Source of the DNA: Bacteroidales bacterium
Lineage (GTDB): Bacteria > Bacteroidota > Bacteroidia > Bacteroidales > FEN-979
Direction of reading: 5' to 3'
NCBI GenBank assembly: GCA_014860625.1
Contig: JACZJJ010000161.1
Span: 7,120-71,119 of the forward strand
Length of the DNA stretch: 64,000 bases
In this document: positions 48,467-56,233 of the stretch, in pieces
Position numbering within the stretch: position 1 is the first letter of the stretch
Layout of the letters: every line of letters starts with the position of its first letter
The notes under the pieces: generated by a model
Told to the model about the DNA's origin: nothing
The model's database searches: none
Seen by the model: the letters and a program-made list of their open reading frames with translations, nothing else
Translations under genes and position numbers: made by a program

Positions 48467-50113
48467 CTATTTTATCCACCAGATTTTAAATTGTGGAGAA
48501 TCACCCCCACCCTGATTGTTCAGTGCCGCAGCCCAGTTGGAAGAGTTGTATTCGACTTCCGAAGGGGGATATGGCAACCTGTAATGGTGGATTGCTTCTC
48601 CTTGGCGTGGTGTTTTCCCTGTTCGCCGGGCCAATGCATAGGCTTCCCACGGTTGCCGGAAAGCATCGAGCCAGCGCTGTGTGTATATGAATTCAAGCTT
48701 TTCTTCATCGGTTGTGACATTCCATGATCCAAAAACGGTGAGCACAGAGGCTGCATTCAGGGTGGGTGGAATGGGAACCATGTCAGGGAACGTCAATCCC
48801 GACAACGGAAGTTTGGAGTTACTGGCTACATCCATCCACCATTGAACCGAAGCGTTGATGCCGTTCATGTATTCGATATCGGCTAAAGAACCATCCTGGG
48901 GAAGCCCGATCCCTCTCAGATAGGCCTCTGCCAGGATGAAATGAGTTTCAGCTCCTAAATACATCGGGATGGGCATGAAATCCTCATCCCTGACAATGAA
49001 ATAATCAAACGGCGAATAGATGCAGGATTCCCCTTTTATCTGAAACGTGGCTGCCCCGTCGCGATGAGAACCATATGGTATGCCTCCGGATGGAGGCGTG
49101 CTGGGCTCCGGAATTTGAGGATAAGCAACCCATTTGTTCGCATTGTTGGTTTCGAAAAAGATATACGCTCTCGGGTCAAAAATGCCGCTGCCATCACTGC
49201 TGTCGTTCGTGGATAGCTGATGCCATATCGTAGAACCCATTCTCAGGTTCTGGTGCTCCCTGAACGACCAGTTCAGGCTGGTATTTTTAAACCCCATGTT
49301 GGCGGGCCACAGACAGGCGCTTTCTCCCACATAGCTGATGAAGTCATACCCCAGAATCATGGGCCTGTTGTTATTCCAGATTTCGCTGATGATCTCGCCT
49401 GCAAGATCGGCTTCCTTGTCACTCATCCGCAAGGCATACCTTAACCTCAACGAATTGGCCAGTTTCTGCCACATCAGCATGTTGCCGAGAAACAACCTGT
49501 CAAATGCTGCAAACGTTGGGAATGGTTCCGATGTGACGGCAGTTATATCGATGTTCTCATCACACCACTTCAGCTCTTCCAATAAAAACAGGTAGATGGA
49601 TTCCTGGGAATCAAAGGGAGGCTGCAAATAATCCAGTGTTTGAAATCCATATCCGGCTTTGGAGAATGGCATGTCCCCAAAGATGTCTGTCATTTTGAAG
49701 GTTTTGTATGCAAGTACAATTTTAAGCATGGCTTTCATGTTCAGCACCTCTCCGGAAAGAGGCATCTCGTCAAATCGATTTTCCAGTTCGCGGAAGTTTG
49801 GAAGCTTGAGGTAGTAATTGCTCCACATGCTTTCTGTTCCCAGGGTAAAATTCCCCCATGCCTCTTTTGTCAACGCAGCCTGCTGGGTTTGTTTGTATAA
49901 GATTTCGTTGTTGATATAAAATTGTTCATCTCCGGTGAGGATCAACGATTGAATGATGCTGTTGAAGAGCGACCCGTCGCTGGCTGTGGTAAATCCATGT
50001 GGATCCGTATTGATCTTGTCAAAATCTTTTTTGCAGGAGATAAAAGCGAGAGAGAAGATCAGTGCGTAACCGGTAAGTCTTATTGGCAATTTCATTCTAT
50101 GGTAAGTTTGCAT
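48467..50113 (-). CDS. susD: SusD/RagB-family nutrient-binding outer-membrane lipoprotein
   Basis: The track ORF is extended at its N-terminus. Plausible starts are 50113 (MQTYHRMKLPIRL...) or 50095 (MKLPIRLTGYALIFSLAFISC, with a lipobox). It sits directly downstream of susC, has the length and helical/TPR-like character of SusD homologs, and ends in a W-rich C-terminus. Confidence 0.8.
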   Translation of the reverse strand: MQTYHRMKLPIRLTGYALIFSLAFISCKKDFDKINTDPHGFTTASDGSLFNSIIQSLILTGDEQFYINNEILYKQTQQAALTKEAWGNFTLGTESMWSNYYLKLPNFRELENRFDEMPLSGEVLNMKAMLKIVLAYKTFKMTDIFGDMPFSKAGYGFQTLDYLQPPFDSQESIYLFLLEELKWCDENIDITAVTSEPFPTFAAFDRLFLGNMLMWQKLANSLRLRYALRMSDKEADLAGEIISEIWNNNRPMILGYDFISYVGESACLWPANMGFKNTSLNWSFREHQNLRMGSTIWHQLSTNDSSDGSGIFDPRAYIFFETNNANKWVAYPQIPEPSTPPSGGIPYGSHRDGAATFQIKGESCIYSPFDYFIVRDEDFMPIPMYLGAETHFILAEAYLRGIGLPQDGSLADIEYMNGINASVQWWMDVASNSKLPLSGLTFPDMVPIPPTLNAASVLTVFGSWNVTTDEEKLEFIYTQRWLDAFRQPWEAYALARRTGKTPRQGEAIHHYRLPYPPSEVEYNSSNWAAALNNQGGGDSPQFKIWWIK

Positions 50114-50123
50114 TTTGTTGATA

Positions 50124-53100
50124 CTAAAAAGAGGCTGAGATTCCAAATGTAAAGGACCTGGAACTGGGCATTGACGCCCATTCAAATCCCTGCGCATTTC
50201 CCGACCCCATGATGCCTTCAGGGTTAATTTTATCAGGTAGTGATGAATAGATATAGAACAGGTCTCTTCCAATGATGGAGAGCGTCAGGCTTTGAAATAC
50301 GTTCGTTTTTTCAATCAGTTTTTGTGGAAATGTATAGGATAGCGATATCTCACGCATCTTGATCCAGGTATTTTCCAAAATGCCCGGTGTAGAGATTACT
50401 TTGCCCCAACCTCCGGCATTCGGAAGGTACTTATAATAATAATGCACCACTTTGTCATTCGGGGTTCCATCTTCATACACGCCGTCGAGAATGATCCCGA
50501 TGTTGCTGGTATTGCTGTTTGGATCGGTATAAGGCAGTCCCCCTCCCTCTCGCTCAATCAGTGTCTCCGGGCTCTGGCCCGTTTGAAGGCCAATGACATA
50601 CGACCCGCAATAGATGTCTCCCCCAATTTTTGCATCGATCAGTGTGCTCAGCCTGAATCCTTTAAAAAAGAATTCGGTGTACCAGCCTCCGATAAAATCA
50701 GGAGAGGCATTGCCAATAGGAACGCGTGTATCAGTAATGAGGTACTTGGTGCCTTCGTCGTTGACGATCGGCTTGCCGTTTTCGTGGTACACATAATCGT
50801 ACCCGTAAATGGTGCCGTACGAATCCCCTTCCCTCAGGGCCATGGCAGGTCCATTCAATCCCCAGATATCTGCCAGGGGATAAACTTCGGCATTGTCACC
50901 CAGACTAACCACACGGTTTCGGTTCCTGGATATGTTGATGCCGGTTTTAAATAAAAAATTCTTCGTCTGAATGGGTACGGCATTGAGCACAATTTCAATT
51001 CCGTTGTTGGTAATGACACCTTCATTGATGGTAATCCCCGATGCTCCGGAGGAGATCGGAATCGGCAGGTTCTCCAGTATTTGCGAATAGGAATAGGTGT
51101 AGTAATAGGTGAAGTCGAGATCAATCCGGTTCTTAAGGACACCTAGGTTGGCGCCTGCTTCATAGGCATTGACCCGCTGAGGTGCCAGGTTGTAGGGAGG
51201 GATCGACCCCGGAAAAGAGGAGGTTTGTTCTCCGCCAAAAACGCCCGTATTGTAGTAAAATGCAAGTTTGTACGGGTCTGTATCCGTGGCTGTTTGAGCG
51301 ATGCCCCCCCTTATTTTCACAAAGTTCAGCCAGGGAACCTTTTCCGCAAAATGGAACGCTTCGGAAAGGATAAAGCTCACGGAGACAGAAGGGTAGAAAT
51401 AGGAATTGGCATCAGGAGGTAAAGTAGATGACCAGTCGTTTCTTCCCGTTAACTCAACATACACATAGTTGTCCCACGTCAGGTTCAGGAAAGCAAATAC
51501 AGAATTATTTCGTTCTCTCCGGATGCCTTCTCCCGGAACCATTTCACCGGCAGAATTTCCGACCCGGTCAACAATGGTCTGGCCGTTTGCATCAGTAGCA
51601 TAGGTGGTTTCTGTGAAGTTGAAGAAGGTGTACATGTTTGGATAGTACCAGGTACCTGAATGCCCGTTCATGCTGTAATTGTCATAGTTCCAGCGGCTTG
51701 CTCCCAGCATCAGTTTTGTGCTGAATTTTGACTTAAACAGCTTCTCTTTTTCTGCTGTCAGAAAAACCTCGTAGATATCCGAATAAGTCCTGCTCATGCT
51801 TTTGCCGTAATAGCCATCTTTCAACCCGATGACATCCGTTGGTTTGTGCCGTGTCTCATACTGCTCCAGTGAGAAATCCCTGCCTACCCGTCCCATCAGG
51901 TTTAGCCAGGAGGTGATGTCGTAAGTAACCGTCAAGGCTCCGAGATACTTATCCCGTTGTAAATCGGTGTTGTTGTTGTAATAATTCCACCACAAGTAGG
52001 GCGAAATATATAGAAATGGGTATCCTTCCTGCTGGTTCCTGGATCCGTCGGGATTTGCATAGTTCTCTTTGTCAATCCCCTGGTAACTCCTGGGCCAGGA
52101 GTAGAGATATCCCTTGCTGAATGAATTCGCCTCTTCACCCAGGATCGGACTGTTTAACCTGTTGTAGTTGATGTATGAAAACGAGACATCGGTAAACAAT
52201 CGTTTCGATATCTTGACATTGGCTCCAAGATTGATCGTCGTGCGGTCGTAATCGCTGTTGTCGATGATGGCTTTATGATCCTGGCGTGTGATGGAAACCC
52301 TCATGGTTCCCCGTTCACCTCCTCCCGACGCTGAAATGTTGTGGGTGGATGTATATCCGTTATGGAAGGTAGACTTGTAGTTGTCGGGCTGTGGCGAATA
52401 AGCCCTCATTTTTCCGTCCCACCACCGAACAACCTGGCCGTCCATTCTCGGCCCCCACGATACGGCCGATCCATAATATCCGAATTCAGCAGCAGTAGAG
52501 GAGGTCTCTCCCTGCTGGTTCAGAATCAGGTTATCGGTTCCGTAAATACCTGGATACAACATCGTATCTCCGTCCATGGGAAACCTTGGTGGTGTAAAGG
52601 AGATAGGCCCGCCGTGCCCGTAGGTATTTTGCACCTCCCGGTACCGGTAGGGTTCTATTAACTTAAAGGTATAGTTATAGGTTACCCCAATGCCTTTGTC
52701 TTTTCGACCTCTTTTTGTTGTGATCAGGATGACGCCGTTAGCTCCTCTTGACCCATACAGGGCAGAAGCAGCTCCTCCTTTCAGGACGGAATACTCCGCG
52801 ATGTCCATCGGGTTGATATCGCCGATCGGATTCCCCCAGTCAACCCCTCTTCCTATACTTGTAAGTCCGGGGGTGTTTTCCATGGGAACATTGTCTACTA
52901 CAATCAAAGGCTGGTTGTCGCCCGAGATGTTGTTATTCCCCCGGATGGTGGCGCGGGTGGTTCCTCCGTCAATGCCATCCCCCTGAGATACGTTGACTCC
53001 GGCTGATCTTCCAATGATGGCATCGAGGACATTGGGTGTATTGGACTGAACGACCTGAGCAACCTCAATTTTTTGTGTGGAGTAGCCGATTTCCCGTTTC

Positions 53101-53456
53101 TGGCGTTTTACCCCCAAAGCCGTCACCACAACCTCTGCCAGCTCATTGGCAGTGACCAGCATAACAATATTGAACTCTGTTTGTTTGTTAATGGCAATTT
53201 CCTGCGTTTGATAGCCGACATAGCTGACTGTCAATGTATCCGTTTCCCTGATGCCGGATAAGGTAAAGATGCCGTCAACATCCGTTACCGTTCCAACAAG
53301 CTTGGTGTTCACACTGCCTTTCACAACAATGGATACACCTGGCAGGCCCAGGTCATCTTCCTCGGAGATGATTTGGCCGGATATGGTTCTCTCTTGAGCT
53401 GTAACAGAGGAAGCGAAAATGAACAGGAGTGCAATGCTTAGTAGAATTTTCTTCAT
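50124..53456 (-). CDS. susC: SusC/RagA-family TonB-dependent outer-membrane transporter
   Basis: 1110 aa with a signal peptide. CarboxypepD_reg-like N-terminus (ISGQIISEEDDLGLPGVSIVVKGS...GIFTL), plug region (VLKGGAASALYGSRGANGVILITTK) and a C-terminal aromatic residue (...GISASF). Confidence 0.92.
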   Translation of the reverse strand: MKKILLSIALLFIFASSVTAQERTISGQIISEEDDLGLPGVSIVVKGSVNTKLVGTVTDVDGIFTLSGIRETDTLTVSYVGYQTQEIAINKQTEFNIVMLVTANELAEVVVTALGVKRQKREIGYSTQKIEVAQVVQSNTPNVLDAIIGRSAGVNVSQGDGIDGGTTRATIRGNNNISGDNQPLIVVDNVPMENTPGLTSIGRGVDWGNPIGDINPMDIAEYSVLKGGAASALYGSRGANGVILITTKRGRKDKGIGVTYNYTFKLIEPYRYREVQNTYGHGGPISFTPPRFPMDGDTMLYPGIYGTDNLILNQQGETSSTAAEFGYYGSAVSWGPRMDGQVVRWWDGKMRAYSPQPDNYKSTFHNGYTSTHNISASGGGERGTMRVSITRQDHKAIIDNSDYDRTTINLGANVKISKRLFTDVSFSYINYNRLNSPILGEEANSFSKGYLYSWPRSYQGIDKENYANPDGSRNQQEGYPFLYISPYLWWNYYNNNTDLQRDKYLGALTVTYDITSWLNLMGRVGRDFSLEQYETRHKPTDVIGLKDGYYGKSMSRTYSDIYEVFLTAEKEKLFKSKFSTKLMLGASRWNYDNYSMNGHSGTWYYPNMYTFFNFTETTYATDANGQTIVDRVGNSAGEMVPGEGIRRERNNSVFAFLNLTWDNYVYVELTGRNDWSSTLPPDANSYFYPSVSVSFILSEAFHFAEKVPWLNFVKIRGGIAQTATDTDPYKLAFYYNTGVFGGEQTSSFPGSIPPYNLAPQRVNAYEAGANLGVLKNRIDLDFTYYYTYSYSQILENLPIPISSGASGITINEGVITNNGIEIVLNAVPIQTKNFLFKTGINISRNRNRVVSLGDNAEVYPLADIWGLNGPAMALREGDSYGTIYGYDYVYHENGKPIVNDEGTKYLITDTRVPIGNASPDFIGGWYTEFFFKGFRLSTLIDAKIGGDIYCGSYVIGLQTGQSPETLIEREGGGLPYTDPNSNTSNIGIILDGVYEDGTPNDKVVHYYYKYLPNAGGWGKVISTPGILENTWIKMREISLSYTFPQKLIEKTNVFQSLTLSIIGRDLFYIYSSLPDKINPEGIMGSGNAQGFEWASMPSSRSFTFGISASF

Positions 53457-53481
53457 CTATGGCTGATCTGATTGGTAGTTT

Positions 53482-53489
53482 CAAAAATA
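53482..53489 (-). promoter_or_regulatory. Candidate -7 promoter box (TATTTTTG on the minus strand) for susC
   Basis: TAnnTTTG match about 25 nt upstream of the susC ATG, with a TTTG about 22 nt further upstream. Confidence 0.45.
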
Positions 53490-53619
53490 CACTTTTTTGC
53501 AGATCTAGAATCAAATTTTGAGCGATTATTCATCCCTGATGTCAGAACAGATACAACTAGCAAGATCTCTTTAAACGTTGAGTAAATTATGGGTTAGCAC
53601 AATATTGATGGGATTGTCG

Positions 53620-53627
53620 TATTTTTG
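53620..53627 (+). promoter_or_regulatory. Candidate -7 promoter box (TATTTTTG) for the 53650 gene
   Basis: TAnnTTTG match 22 nt upstream of the ATG at 53650. It lies inside the track's TTG-extended ORF, which argues for the 53650 start. Confidence 0.45.
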
Positions 53628-53649
53628 TAATGAAATTAATTTACCGAGT

Positions 53650-56211
53650 ATGAGATCGTTTTTCAATATTCTTCTGGTCGTGGCTTTTTCTTTCGGGACG
53701 ATAGCCTCGTATGAGCAAACAGCGGATACCCTATGTCACTCCTCCACTACAGTCCCGTTTTCAACCAACCAGCAAAACCTGACAGTGTGGAATGGAAGTA
53801 GCTATTCTCCCATTTTCCTGAAAGGGGTGAACCTCGGTGTTGCAGTGCCGGGAACTTATCCTGGAGAGTTGGCAGCCACCAGGGCCGACTATGGACGGTG
53901 GTTGCATCAGATAAGGGAAACCGGATTTAATGTGATCCGCATCTATACACTTCATTTTCCAAGGTTCTACGAAGTGCTCGATAGCTTCAATCTGGCTCAT
54001 CCCCAGGACCCTCTTCTTCTAATTCAGGGAATCTGGCTGAGTGAAGGGTTTACAGGTTACCAGGACGATCTTTTTTCGCTCAGCGAGACATTTACAAACC
54101 AGATTGAAGAAGTGGTCGACTGTACACATGGGAATCGGGTAATAGATCCCAGACCCGGAGAGGCTCATGGAACATATTTAACGGATGTCTCTCCCTGGGT
54201 GTTGGCATACATCATCGGACGGGAGGTGCATCCACCGGAAATTTTAACTACCAATGAGCTGCATCCTGGATTTACCTCTTTTTCAGGTCAGGCGTTGTCA
54301 ATAAGCAATGGAACCCCTTCAGAGACATGGATCACTGAGCAGTTAAATCATCTCGTGATGCATGAGCGACAAAATTATCAAGTTGAACGCCCGGTGAGTT
54401 TTTCCAGCTGGCCTACCCTCGATCCGATCGACCATCCTACAGAAACAGGATATGAGGATAGCGCTTCCGTCGACCTGACGAAAATAGACTTTTCCAAGGC
54501 TCCCGGGGGCTTGTTTGCCAGCTATCATGCTTACCCCTATTATCCCGATTTCGTCAGTGAAGATCCGGGCTACCAAACCTATTCTGATTACCTGGGACCG
54601 AACAGCTATGTGGGGTATCTTTCTGATCTGAAAACCCATTATACGGGCATCCCGTTAATCATTGCCGAATATGGGACTCCCTCTAGTTGGGGGACTGCAC
54701 ATTATTCCCAGAGTGGAATGAACCATGGAGGATTCAGTGAAAAAGAGCAGGGACAAAACTACATCCGAATGTTGCACAACATCGAGGAGACCGGATGTGG
54801 AGGAGGAGTCTCGTTTGCTTGGATCGACGAGTGGTTCAAACGGACCTGGATTACCGAGCCCCTGGAAAATGATCGCAGGGTTCTCTGGCACAACGTGACC
54901 GGAGCTGAGCAGAATTTCGGACTCATTGGTTTTCATAAAACGCCCGTAGCCTATCAGCCGTGGGGTACTTTCGCTTCGGGTTGCGGGATCACGAAAATAG
55001 ATGTCAACAGCGATTTCGAGTATTTTCGTCTCAGGATTGGACTCCTGGGTCCGTTAGCCGACCTCGATACAATTTGGGTCTCTTTTGATACCTATAACTC
55101 TGCCTTGGGCGAATCAATTCTGCCTGACGGGAACCAGGTGACAAACCGGGCCGAGTTTGCGCTTCGGATCACCAATTATTCGGCTGATCTCTACGTTACG
55201 CGGGCATATGACCTTTTCGGCATCTGGCATGGAACGTCAACACCCGACCAGCTTTTTCATTCCATACCAACCAATGGCGCTCCATGGGATCTGGTTCGCT
55301 GGAAGAACAATGATTCCAATTATGAGATTCAGTACATTGGAAATATGCTGGTGAGACGGATTGAGATGCCCTCATCTACCCGGGAAGCAGTGGTGATTTC
55401 CGATACCACTCTCGATTTACGAATTCCATGGACTCTGCTGCAGTTTATCGATCCAAGCAGCCTCACTGTCATAAACGATGATAGAAGTACTCCCGAACGG
55501 GAAGATACTGTCTCAGACGGGATCTCTGTTACTGTATTTCACAATGGTTGCAGTGCAACCCCTCCAAACCGCTTTCTCTGGAATTCCTGGAATTTCCCCA
55601 CCGGCTTTGCCGAATATGAAAAAGGAAGCCTGGCTATACTGAGAGAAGAGTTGCCTTTTTTCGCCGTTCCACCCATTGCACTGTGTGATGAATATTCGGT
55701 AAATAAAAACAATACACTCTATATTTCTGAGTCCGGTGGTGTATTACAGAATGATTATGATCCTGACGGAGACCTTCTGGAAGCTGAACCATACACCTTT
55801 ACGGCTCATGGAACACTTTATTTCTATGCCGACGGTTCCTTCGACTATGTTCCGGAGCCTGGATATGCCGGACCGGATGAGTTCAGTTACCGGGCGTTCG
55901 ACGGATTTGCTCACTCCCTCTCAACCCCTGTCTATATACATGTTGAAAATAACGAAGCGATTCTTGCCAATGACGCCGGGCAGTTCAACCTCTATCCAAA
56001 CCCGGCCAGTGAATGGGTTACAGCCCTCTTCCCATCCTATGCTCCCGGATCTCTGCTGACGGTTTACACAGTCAATGGAATAGAAGTTTTTTCACAGGTG
56101 ATTGAGGCGGAGACAACAAAGATGGATGTTTCGGGATTAAAAGCCGGAATCTATGCAGTCAGGGTTACGTCAGATCAGAATGCAATTACACGGAAACTCT
56201 GTGTTTACTAA
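53650..56211 (+). CDS. Secreted TIM-barrel glycoside-hydrolase-like protein (clan GH-A-like, family unassigned) with a cadherin/VCBS-like module and a T9SS type-A C-terminal domain
   Basis: I start at MRSFFNILLVVAFSFG (signal peptide). Motifs suggest a (beta/alpha)8 retaining hydrolase: FLKGVNLG, NVIRIY, IIGREV and PLIIAEYG (candidate nucleophile Glu). NDYDPDGD is a Ca-binding Ig-like module. The C-terminus is YPNPASEW...GIYAVRV...KLCVY. Confidence 0.5.
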   Translation: MRSFFNILLVVAFSFGTIASYEQTADTLCHSSTTVPFSTNQQNLTVWNGSSYSPIFLKGVNLGVAVPGTYPGELAATRADYGRWLHQIRETGFNVIRIYTLHFPRFYEVLDSFNLAHPQDPLLLIQGIWLSEGFTGYQDDLFSLSETFTNQIEEVVDCTHGNRVIDPRPGEAHGTYLTDVSPWVLAYIIGREVHPPEILTTNELHPGFTSFSGQALSISNGTPSETWITEQLNHLVMHERQNYQVERPVSFSSWPTLDPIDHPTETGYEDSASVDLTKIDFSKAPGGLFASYHAYPYYPDFVSEDPGYQTYSDYLGPNSYVGYLSDLKTHYTGIPLIIAEYGTPSSWGTAHYSQSGMNHGGFSEKEQGQNYIRMLHNIEETGCGGGVSFAWIDEWFKRTWITEPLENDRRVLWHNVTGAEQNFGLIGFHKTPVAYQPWGTFASGCGITKIDVNSDFEYFRLRIGLLGPLADLDTIWVSFDTYNSALGESILPDGNQVTNRAEFALRITNYSADLYVTRAYDLFGIWHGTSTPDQLFHSIPTNGAPWDLVRWKNNDSNYEIQYIGNMLVRRIEMPSSTREAVVISDTTLDLRIPWTLLQFIDPSSLTVINDDRSTPEREDTVSDGISVTVFHNGCSATPPNRFLWNSWNFPTGFAEYEKGSLAILREELPFFAVPPIALCDEYSVNKNNTLYISESGGVLQNDYDPDGDLLEAEPYTFTAHGTLYFYADGSFDYVPEPGYAGPDEFSYRAFDGFAHSLSTPVYIHVENNEAILANDAGQFNLYPNPASEWVTALFPSYAPGSLLTVYTVNGIEVFSQVIEAETTKMDVSGLKAGIYAVRVTSDQNAITRKLCVY

Positions 56212-56233
56212 CCCTTACTTCCGGTGTCGCAGC

